A stretch of 64,000 nucleotides of DNA. Origin: Alphaproteobacteria bacterium. Its GTDB lineage: Bacteria > Pseudomonadota > Alphaproteobacteria > Caulobacterales > Hyphomonadaceae. Positions 55,385 through 62,736 of the stretch are shown here, in pieces; position 1 is the stretch's first letter; each line of letters starts with the position of its first letter. The position numbers and the translations under genes are program-made. The notes below the pieces were generated by a model. That model saw nothing but the letters and a program-made list of their open reading frames with translations. It made no database searches and was not told the origin of the DNA. Location of the stretch: NCBI GenBank assembly GCA_018222605.1, contig JAAEZZ010000006.1, positions 18,071-82,070 on the forward strand. Reading direction: 5' to 3'.

Positions 55385-56021
55385 ACCATTGCGCGTTCTG
55401 GTCGCCTGTGAATTTTCCGGTGTGGTTCGCCGTGCATTCAATGCTGTGGGCGCGGATGCCTGGTCATGCGATCTGTTACCAGCCGAGGATGGCTCAAATC
55501 GTCACTATCAGTGCGATGTCAGGGACATCCTAGATCATGGTTGGGACCTGCTGATGGTGGCCCATCCTCCGTGTACAAGGCTGTGCAACAGCGGCGTCCG
55601 GTGGCTGCACAAGCCGCCTGTTGGCCGGTCCCTTGGTGATCTATGGAGCGAGCTGGACGAAGGCGCCGCGCTGTTCTCTGAACTGTGGAACGCGCCGATC
55701 GACAGGATCGCCATCGAAAACCCGGTCATGCACCGCCACGCGAAAGCGCGCATCCGCAATTTCGTTCCGGCGGCGCAAACGATTCAGCCTTGGCAGTTCG
55801 GGCATGGCGAAACGAAAGCAACCTGCCTTTGGCTGAAAAACCTGCCGCCGCTGACGCCTACAGATATTGTCGACGGCCGGGAGCAGCGCGTGTTCAAGAT
55901 GCCGCCTGGACCGGATCGATGGAAAGAACGTTCCCGCACGTTCAGCGGCATTGCTACCGCCATGGCCGATCAGTGGGGTCGTAACTCCCCACCGTCCGCG
56001 CCCGCTTACGGTGGCGCATGA
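55377..56021 (+). CDS. compact C5-cytosine methyltransferase-like protein (214 aa)
   Basis: EFSGVV (motif I-like), HPPCTRL (PC motif IV) and IENPV (motif VI-like) are present. The start is at MSEPLRV, inside track ORF 55116-56021. Confidence 0.65.
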   Translation: MSEPLRVLVACEFSGVVRRAFNAVGADAWSCDLLPAEDGSNRHYQCDVRDILDHGWDLLMVAHPPCTRLCNSGVRWLHKPPVGRSLGDLWSELDEGAALFSELWNAPIDRIAIENPVMHRHAKARIRNFVPAAQTIQPWQFGHGETKATCLWLKNLPPLTPTDIVDGREQRVFKMPPGPDRWKERSRTFSGIATAMADQWGRNSPPSAPAYGGA

Positions 56022-57544
56022 TGAGCGATCGCAAGAGCATGCAGGATATCCATTTCCCGGATCGCCAGGCTAAGGCTGAACCGCCGCACAATCTTGCGGC
56101 CGAGGCTGCAGTGCTGGGCGCCATCATGTTTGACAACAATGCGTTTCAGCGCACGCAGGAAATCCTGCGCCATGATGATTTCTACACCGAGGCGCATCAG
56201 GAACTCTATCATGCTCTTGAGTCCCGGATCATGGCTGGTGGTATCGCTGATGGCGTGACCATGCGCGAGCATTTCGAGACCACCGGCAATCTGTCCCAAA
56301 TCGGTGGCACCAAATACCTTGAACAGCTCCTGGAATCCGCCGCGTTCGGTCCGGAGATTGACGATTACGCCCGCATGATCCGGCACAGCGCCGCCCGGCG
56401 GGCCATCATCGAGGCTGGCGATTTCCTGCGCGCTTGTGCCGAGAGCCCGGAGGAATCCGGTCAGATCACGCACTTGCTGGAGACCGCCCGCGAAAAGCTG
56501 CAATCGGTCGAAGACATGCGCTTGCGAGGATCGCGCTGGGAGAGCGCCCAATCGTCCACACAGCGCACCTTCGCGCAAATGGAGCACATGGTCCGCCATG
56601 GAAAGCCTGGCGAGGTTCAGGGTCTGAAAACCGGCATCCCTGACCTGGATCAGAAACTGCAGGGGCTGGTTCATAGCCGCCTGATCATCATGGGCGGCCG
56701 GCCTGGCATGGGTAAGTCTGGGGCGGCGGCGAATATTGCCACCTATGTGGCCATGACCCCACACGGCCAGCCGGACGCGCTTGGGCCTGATACGCATGTG
56801 GTCGGCTTCTTCTCTCTGGAAATGTCCAAGGAAGACTATGACCGGCGTACAGCATCATCATTGGCGCACAAGAAGAAATTCGGTCGCGTCGAGTATCAGG
56901 ATATCGGCCAGGGAAAGCTGGGGCAATCTCAGCTGGCGATATTGGGGCAGGGCGGGCGCCTCGTTCCTGAAACACTGTTCATCGATGACACGCCGTTCCT
57001 GAGTGCTTCTGACATTGCTGTCAGATCCCGCGCGCTGAAGCGGTCTGCCGGCCGTCTGGACCTGATCGTGATCGATTACCTGCAGATCATGAACTTCAAT
57101 ATCGGGCGGAACGAAAACCTGTCAGCCGCCATCGGTCGAACCACAAGCGCGCTCAAACAGATGGCCAAGGAATTGCGTGTTCCGGTCATCGCGCTTTCGC
57201 AGCTGTCACGGCAGGTGGAGCAGCGGGACAACAAGCGCCCGATGATTTCTGACCTGCGCGAATCCGGTGCCGTCGAACAGGATGCGGATCAGATCATCTT
57301 CCCATTCCGGCCAGAATATTATCTGAACAAGGATGAACCACCCCACGGCCCGAAAGACTCGAAAGAGGAACTGCGCTGGATGGAATGGTGGGCCTCATCA
57401 TCCGCCTCCAAGGGCGTGATGGAATTCAATGTCGCCAAGAACCGTCATGGTGCCGAGGGGCGTGTCCTGGCGCATTACGACGCCGGCACGGATGCGCTGG
57501 TGCCGAACAAATCTGATCTCGAAATCAAGGAAGGAATGCTCTGA
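56018..57544 (+). CDS. dnaB: replicative DNA helicase (DnaB family)
   Basis: The N-terminal PHNLAAEAAVLGAIM, Walker A GGRPGMGKSG and the later LSQLSR and RESGAVEQDAD motifs are present. Confidence 0.95.
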   Translation: MMSDRKSMQDIHFPDRQAKAEPPHNLAAEAAVLGAIMFDNNAFQRTQEILRHDDFYTEAHQELYHALESRIMAGGIADGVTMREHFETTGNLSQIGGTKYLEQLLESAAFGPEIDDYARMIRHSAARRAIIEAGDFLRACAESPEESGQITHLLETAREKLQSVEDMRLRGSRWESAQSSTQRTFAQMEHMVRHGKPGEVQGLKTGIPDLDQKLQGLVHSRLIIMGGRPGMGKSGAAANIATYVAMTPHGQPDALGPDTHVVGFFSLEMSKEDYDRRTASSLAHKKKFGRVEYQDIGQGKLGQSQLAILGQGGRLVPETLFIDDTPFLSASDIAVRSRALKRSAGRLDLIVIDYLQIMNFNIGRNENLSAAIGRTTSALKQMAKELRVPVIALSQLSRQVEQRDNKRPMISDLRESGAVEQDADQIIFPFRPEYYLNKDEPPHGPKDSKEELRWMEWWASSSASKGVMEFNVAKNRHGAEGRVLAHYDAGTDALVPNKSDLEIKEGML

Positions 57545-58461
57545 TGTCTCAATCGAGATTCGCAATCGTCCCTACAGCGGCAATAATGGATACGTCTCTG
57601 ACGGATACCCAGATGCGCGTTCTGATGGTCCTGGCGACGTTTTCAGACCGGGACAACAAGTCTTTTCCCAAACAAACGACCATCGCTGAAGCATGCAATA
57701 TGGTCAGGGAAACAGTAAATCGGGCACTGAAGGTTCTGGCCGGAAAGGGCTATGTCAGGGTCGTTCAGAGGTGGCGCGAAGATGGCAGTCAGATGTCCAA
57801 CGCCTACACCGTTTTACTGGATAGCGATGTGACGCTGGAATCACAGGGGTGTGACGCTGGAATCACAGGGGGTGTGACGCCTGGGGATCACACCGGGTGT
57901 GATCGTAAGGGATCACACCAAGAAGACACCCAATTAAACACACCCAATGAAGCACAGCGCGTGCGCGAGGTGTTCGAATTCTACAATCAGACAGCTGAAC
58001 GAGTTGGGTGGGTTGTCCACTCCAAACTGACAGATGCCCTCCGCAAGCCGTTGAATGCCCGCATCGAGGATTACGGTGCGGATCGGGTAAAACAATTCAT
58101 CGAAGCGCTGACGGAGCTGGAATGGACGTACAGGGGGTTTCGGGACAAACCGGACTTCCGCGCCAGCCTGACCTACATCACCAGGCCCCGTACGTTCGCT
58201 GAGCATTTTGACAAGCTGGTGACCAGCAAGCCCAAGCCTGACCTGCTGAGCGGCGTCGATGAGGTGGACCGTCAATGGCCGCTGGATCTCGAGGGGGCGT
58301 TCAATGCGCTGGAACGCGAGTTGATCAACGGCGCGACGAGGCCGGACTGGATCGGCGGCCGCTATGGCTACCCGATTGACCCGCGCTGTCCTGATGCCGA
58401 GTATCCCGCGGGCCTCTATGCGCTGTTCCCGAAAATCCAAAAGCGGGATGCAGTATCGTGA
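57544..58461 (+). CDS. replication initiator-like winged-helix protein containing the ori iterons
   Basis: An N-terminal HTH (FPKQTTIAEACNMVRETVNRALKVLAGKGYV) is present, and iterons are embedded at 57828-57917. Confidence 0.7.
   Translation: MSQSRFAIVPTAAIMDTSLTDTQMRVLMVLATFSDRDNKSFPKQTTIAEACNMVRETVNRALKVLAGKGYVRVVQRWREDGSQMSNAYTVLLDSDVTLESQGCDAGITGGVTPGDHTGCDRKGSHQEDTQLNTPNEAQRVREVFEFYNQTAERVGWVVHSKLTDALRKPLNARIEDYGADRVKQFIEALTELEWTYRGFRDKPDFRASLTYITRPRTFAEHFDKLVTSKPKPDLLSGVDEVDRQWPLDLEGAFNALERELINGATRPDWIGGRYGYPIDPRCPDAEYPAGLYALFPKIQKRDAVS
57828..57917 (+). repeat. four iterons of the form TGTGA-N8/10-TCACA (putative phage replication origin)
   Basis: TGTGACGCTGGAATCACA occurs at 57828 and 57850. 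TGTGACGCCTGGGGATCACA is at 57873 and TGTGATCGTAAGGGATCACA at 57898. Confidence 0.7.
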
Positions 58462-58577
58462 CGGCCCCGCAAATCCACCATTTCGTAAAATACCCGGCCT
58501 GGCTTCGGCTGGCCCTGACTGTCGGCCTGTCCGCAGCGCTCTGGACCGGGATCATTCTAGCCATGGGAGTGCTGTGA
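58458..58577 (+). CDS. possible 39-aa hydrophobic peptide (GTG start)
   Basis: VTAPQIHHFVKYPAWLRLALTVGLSAALWTGIILAMGVL fills the gap between two genes. It has a GTGA and a TGATG overlap. It is too short for the ORF track. Confidence 0.3.
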   Translation: MTAPQIHHFVKYPAWLRLALTVGLSAALWTGIILAMGVL

Positions 58578-58939
58578 TGTTTCAGATCGGACAGGAGGTT
58601 GCGTGCGTGATCGATGGATGGCCGGGACGTTGGCGGCTTTACGCCAAGACGTTTCCACTGGTCAAAGGCCGGGTTTACGAGGTCGAAGGCGTCGTTGCCG
58701 ACGGCGCAATCCTTCCATGTGGCACTGAGATCTCGGGCAATTGCATCGGGATAGGAATCGTCAACGAGCACCTAAAGATTATGGTTGAGATGATCGGTCT
58801 GGAGCTGTCCACCTACGATCTCTGGCCCACGGACTGGTTCCGCGCTGTCCAGCGCAACGTTGAGAGCGTCGAGCAGGCCATGACAATCTTCCGCAAAATG
58901 ACAGAAACCACAAAAACACCGGAGGTGATCGGAGCATGA
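58577..58939 (+). CDS. hypothetical protein (120 aa)
   Basis: The start is at MFQIGQEV within track ORF 58364-58939. Confidence 0.55.
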   Translation: MFQIGQEVACVIDGWPGRWRLYAKTFPLVKGRVYEVEGVVADGAILPCGTEISGNCIGIGIVNEHLKIMVEMIGLELSTYDLWPTDWFRAVQRNVESVEQAMTIFRKMTETTKTPEVIGA

Positions 58940-59469
58940 GTTGGACACAGCCTGAAGTCGACCTGATTAAAGCCGAATGGGCCAAAGGGGAGTCCGCCAG
59001 TGACGTCACCCGAACGCTCAACAGAAAGTTCGGTACACGGCGCTCGCGCAATGCCACGCTTGGGAAGCTGAAACGGCTCGGTCTGCTCGGTCGATCAGCG
59101 CCCGCGCGTCCGGTTCTGCCAAAGCACGACCGGCGCCGTGATAGTGACCCGAAGGAGCCAAAGCCCTGCAGCCAAAAGACCAATAAGGATCTGGTGCGCA
59201 GGCTGGAATCCAAGGTGAAACCGAAGCCTGCGCCGGCAAAGAAGCCAGAGCCGGAAATGTGGGAGCCGGAGGGCGCGTTCCACTTACTCGACCTGAACAA
59301 GCATCAGTGCCGGTGGCCAGTAACCGAGGGCGATGACCACCGCTTCTGCGGCCGCACGCAAACCTCCGGTTCATCCTACTGCCGCGAACACCTGAAGCGG
59401 AGCATTTCACCGATGTCTGCAGCGACCCTGCAGCGTGCGCCCGTCAGCATGAAGAAGGCCATGTCATGA
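58936..59469 (+). CDS. gcrA: GcrA cell-cycle regulator family protein (phage-encoded)
   Basis: The N-terminal MSWTQPEVDLIKAEWAKGESASDV...GKLKRLGL and the C-terminal HQCRWPV...FCG...YCREH are present. Confidence 0.85.
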   Translation: MSWTQPEVDLIKAEWAKGESASDVTRTLNRKFGTRRSRNATLGKLKRLGLLGRSAPARPVLPKHDRRRDSDPKEPKPCSQKTNKDLVRRLESKVKPKPAPAKKPEPEMWEPEGAFHLLDLNKHQCRWPVTEGDDHRFCGRTQTSGSSYCREHLKRSISPMSAATLQRAPVSMKKAMS

Positions 59470-59696
59470 AGAAGCCAGCCCCTGTGGATGTGAGAAGCCG
59501 CAAGGCGATGATCCAGCGCGAGGAAAGGCTCGCCTTCAAGATCAAGGCCTTCTGGAATGCGCGAAATTACGAGGTCACGACCCGGATTGAAGACGACGGT
59601 TTCAGCAACAAGGGCGGGCAAGCCTTGGTTATGGTCCGGTCCGATATGATCAACGGTCTTCCGGTCAGGCGGGTCAGCCGGAGGGGTCGGAAATGA
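59466..59696 (+). CDS. hypothetical protein (76 aa)
   Basis: It is a packed operon member. Confidence 0.5.
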   Translation: MKKPAPVDVRSRKAMIQREERLAFKIKAFWNARNYEVTTRIEDDGFSNKGGQALVMVRSDMINGLPVRRVSRRGRK

Positions 59697-60337
59697 TTGC
59701 TGATGAATTGAAACCTCTGGCAGCGTCGTGGCTCCGCGCGCGGTTCCCGAAGGCACACATCACTTATGAACTCAGCCTGGCCGAATATGGTGGCGCTCTG
59801 ATCGACGTGGGCGCGATCTGCGATGACCAGATTGTGGGAGTGGAAATCAAGGGGGATGGCGATTCCGCTTCCCGCCTGAAACTGCAAGGGCAGATGTACT
59901 CTCGGGTGTGCCGGTCGGTTTACCTGTTGCCAAGTCCCGACCTGCTGAAATCCTGTAGGAAACACAAACCACCTGAATGGCGTTTGCTTGTACCGCCGGG
60001 CGGTGATCTGGAGGTGCATTCTAGCCGTCGGTTATGTCCGGCCTCGGGGATTTCGTGGGGCTCCACCTACGGATCAGCAGAACCAAAACGTGGCGAGGGA
60101 TATGGACTCTCCCCGGCCGCCTTGGCTGCAATGGTTTGGACGACCGAGTACGACGTATTCCGCTTTCACGTACAGGAAAAGCATTTCACCGCGCTCCCTA
60201 GCCGCAAGGCGGACTTCATCCGGTTCGTGGCTGATCGCTATCCGCTGCCAGTAATCGAGGCCGCAGTTAGCGCCACGCTGCGTGAGCGTTCTTGGAGCGA
60301 TCTCAAAGAAATCCAATACCCGGAGGTAACAAACTGA
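59693..60337 (+). CDS. MmcB-like PD-(D/E)XK fold protein
   Basis: ALIDVGAI...IVGVEIKGDGDS gives a D...E-x-K arrangement and resembles the MmcB family, identified from memory. Confidence 0.6.
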   Translation: MIADELKPLAASWLRARFPKAHITYELSLAEYGGALIDVGAICDDQIVGVEIKGDGDSASRLKLQGQMYSRVCRSVYLLPSPDLLKSCRKHKPPEWRLLVPPGGDLEVHSSRRLCPASGISWGSTYGSAEPKRGEGYGLSPAALAAMVWTTEYDVFRFHVQEKHFTALPSRKADFIRFVADRYPLPVIEAAVSATLRERSWSDLKEIQYPEVTN

Positions 60338-60870
60338 TGGCCACCAAACCCCGCCGGCGTGGCGGCCGAAAGCGTCGGCAGGACGTCAAACGCCAACCCA
60401 GCGGCCAGATCCGCAAGAGCGTCTATGCCGAGCGAGTGAAGCCCACCAAGGAAATGCAGGCCCGGCGTGCTAAGCTTCTCGGGGACAAGAACGCGACAGG
60501 CGAGATCGATTGTGCGCTGGATGTGATCGCCAGCCCGAAACACCGCTTGATCACCCCCAAGCAGGCCGAGGCCGGGCGGCGCTATGCGGTCGCGCGGGTG
60601 AGGTTGCTGAAAACCCTGGGCACCAGCCCGGACCCGACGACACCCCGGCTGTCTGAGTGGATCGATAACGGACAATCCGTGGCGGATGGTTCTGATGATG
60701 GCAAGGCGGCTTTCAACTGGCGCAAGGCCAGCATGTGCATTCACGATTGCGGCGGTGATGTCCGCACCGTCATCGATCTGGTGTGTCTGGAAAACCAGCT
60801 GCCGAGGAAAGATCAGGTGACGAAACTCCGCATCGGCCTGGATGCGCTCGTAATGCTATGGAGGATCTGA
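60337..60870 (+). CDS. hypothetical basic protein (177 aa), candidate late-gene regulator by position
   Basis: The N-terminus is Arg/Lys-rich. It is one of the last genes before the late promoter/terminator region. No family was recognised. Confidence 0.5.
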   Translation: MATKPRRRGGRKRRQDVKRQPSGQIRKSVYAERVKPTKEMQARRAKLLGDKNATGEIDCALDVIASPKHRLITPKQAEAGRRYAVARVRLLKTLGTSPDPTTPRLSEWIDNGQSVADGSDDGKAAFNWRKASMCIHDCGGDVRTVIDLVCLENQLPRKDQVTKLRIGLDALVMLWRI

Positions 60871-61106
60871 TGCACACAGCAATTCGGGACAATTGGGCGA
60901 TCCCAGACGAGGCCGTGAGAGGTGCGGAGTTCGTTCTCACCCGAAGCATGGGCGATCATCAGCTGTTCAGCATTCGCGGCATCGTCGACGGCCGCGCGGT
61001 CTGCCGGCACTGGAATGCCACGCACAGCCGCTGGGAATACGAGACTTTCGGGCCAGCCTGGTTCCGGGGGAAGGTCAACCACATCGAATGGAGGCAGGCG
61101 GCATAG
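60870..61106 (+). CDS. hypothetical protein (78 aa)
   Basis: It has a TGATG overlap with the upstream gene. An alternative start is at 60858. Confidence 0.5.
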   Translation: MHTAIRDNWAIPDEAVRGAEFVLTRSMGDHQLFSIRGIVDGRAVCRHWNATHSRWEYETFGPAWFRGKVNHIEWRQAA

Positions 61107-61206
61107 GTAGTGTCTCGCTCGCCTGACAGGCACACCATCTGGACGCTATCGCTTGACAGGTGAAAAGAAGCACCTCATAGGCGAGTCAAATGCAAATTCG
61201 AAAATA

Positions 61207-61239
61207 CCGCCTGCAGCCTACCGGCTCGCGGGCGTTTTT
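61207..61239 (+). terminator. stem-loop plus TTTTT upstream of the late genes
   Basis: CCGCCTGCAGCC tacc GGCTCGCGGGCG forms an imperfect stem and is followed by TTTTT. Confidence 0.5.
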
Positions 61240-61259
61240 CGTTTCAGCGGGAGGTCGGC

Positions 61260-61571
61260 ATGGGCGAGGCAGTTGGTTCCAAGCTCTACGGTCTCACGGC
61301 TCCTGACCGGCAGATACTGCTGTTCTATTGCCCCGGCTGTAAGCGCACGCATCCCTACCATGTCGGCAACAAGACCGGGCCAAGCTGGAACTGGAACGGA
61401 GACGGTGACAAGCCGACCTTCACGCCCAGCCTGCTGGTCTATGCCAGCGAGACAACACCCCGCTGTCACCTGTTCCTGACCGATGGTGTCATCCGGTACT
61501 GCGGTGACAGCGAGCATGATCTCGCGGGCCAGTCAGTCCCGTGTCCGGATTTCCAGCACGATTCTGACTAA
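61260..61571 (+). CDS. DUF6527-like small zinc-binding protein
   Basis: FYCPGCKRTH...WNWNGDGDKPTFTPSLLV...RCHLFLTDGVIRYCGDSEH is present, with a GGGAGG ribosome-binding site. The family name is from memory. Confidence 0.6.
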   Translation: MGEAVGSKLYGLTAPDRQILLFYCPGCKRTHPYHVGNKTGPSWNWNGDGDKPTFTPSLLVYASETTPRCHLFLTDGVIRYCGDSEHDLAGQSVPCPDFQHDSD

Positions 61572-61579
61572 TCCAATTC

Positions 61580-61656
61580 AGCGGCGGTAGCTCAGCGGTC
61601 AGAGCGTCCGGCTCATAATCGGAAGGCCATGGGTTCAAATCCCATCCCCGCTCCCA
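61580..61656 (+). tRNA. phage-encoded tRNA-like gene, anticodon CAU (Met or Ile2), with an extra bulged C in the acceptor stem
   Basis: The hand-folded cloverleaf has D arm GCTC/GAGC, anticodon arm TCCGG CTCATAA TCGGA, and T arm ATGGG TTCAAAT CCCAT. The 3' strand is CCCCGCT, then C, then CCA. The 5' strand AGCGG-C-GG has one nucleotide too many. Confidence 0.65.
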
Positions 61657-61940
61657 AATCTGCGGCGCTCTTGAGCGATCATCAGCCCGTGATGGAGTGA
61701 TGCCACGGCCCCCAACCAACCAAAAGGGGATCGGGCATCGGACTGAGAAGGGTCGGGCGACGGCCACCGCCCCTGCGCCATCCCGTATCCAGCATTTGAA
61801 GGCTGGTTGGGACTAAGCGGGGAATAAGCGAATCCTTGCCTCGGTAAATCACTCCCCGCAGATCACTTTCCGAGAGGTGCTCTCACAGACCTCCGAACGG
61901 CCCAAAGAGAGCGTAAGCCGTTCACCTCGAAAGCATTTCC

Positions 61941-62129
61941 ATGGCCAGCGAAATATCCTTACGCCTGTCCATTGACGGGCCATCCCTCAGAGCCGCCCGT
62001 AGCGACATGGAGCGCCATTTCCTGAAGTACGGATGCCCGCCGCAACCCCATCTCAAGAAAGAAGCAGAGGCTGATATGGCCCGCATTATGGATAACATGA
62101 AGGCATGCTTTTTCCTCGAGCGCCAATAG
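61941..62129 (+). CDS. doubtful small ORF (62 aa)
   Basis: It is the only sizeable ORF in an otherwise open 600-nt gap. There is no obvious ribosome-binding site and no recognised family. Confidence 0.25.
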   Translation: MASEISLRLSIDGPSLRAARSDMERHFLKYGCPPQPHLKKEAEADMARIMDNMKACFFLERQ

Positions 62130-62250
62130 CAATAACCAGTTCACCGCCTGGCCATCTGCTGGGTTTGTTTCCTCCTGTTTGCGCTCCCGGCGCTCGCGTG
62201 GTGGTCAGGCGGTGATCCATTCCACAAGCCCCCAATCCAGTGAGTTCGAT

Positions 62251-62736
62251 ATGTCCGAGAAAGAAGGCATCAACCTCGGCGGCAGGCCGCGCATGTATGA
62301 AGACAGCGAGACGTTCGCTGCTGATGCGGAGGCATACTTCGACAAGTGCGAAGCTGATGACCGCATTCCAACCATCGCTGGTCTGGCCTACCACCTCGGT
62401 TTCGCCTCCCGCCAAAGCCTCTATGACTATGCTGAAGACACCCGGTTTTCTGACACCATATCGCGCGTGCGCCTGCTGATTGAGGCTGACCGCTCCGAAA
62501 GGCTGGTTTCCAAGGACAAGTACACGCCTGGCCTGCCGATGGACTTGGCCAGCAATCATGGCTGGTACACTGCCAAGAACGCGAATGAGCACACCGGCAA
62601 GAATGGCCGGCCGATCGAGACCGTTGACCTGTCCAAGCTCAATGACGAACAGCTGGAAACATATGGTCGCCTCTGCATGATCATTGAGGGGCAGGAGCCC
62701 GACGCGGGGCAGTTCGGTGACGACGAAGGCGAGTGA
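62251..62736 (+). CDS. terS: terminase small subunit
   Basis: GGRPRMYEDSETFAADAEAYFDKCEADDRIPTIAGLAYHLGF is a typical TerS N-terminal HTH region. The start lies inside track ORF 62179-62736. Confidence 0.8.
   Translation: MSEKEGINLGGRPRMYEDSETFAADAEAYFDKCEADDRIPTIAGLAYHLGFASRQSLYDYAEDTRFSDTISRVRLLIEADRSERLVSKDKYTPGLPMDLASNHGWYTAKNANEHTGKNGRPIETVDLSKLNDEQLETYGRLCMIIEGQEPDAGQFGDDEGE

Noticed and set aside
57828-57917. A short repeat array as a possible CRISPR.
   Set aside because: The repeats are 18-20 nt palindromes with only 4-6 nt between them, inside a coding region, and no cas genes are present. They fit replication iterons instead.
61153-61479. A 108-aa TTG-start ORF spanning the late regulatory region.
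   Set aside because: It is out of frame with the DUF6527-like gene, which has a strong ribosome-binding site. Its sequence is Ser/Arg/Ala/Pro-rich, and it crosses the terminator-like hairpin.
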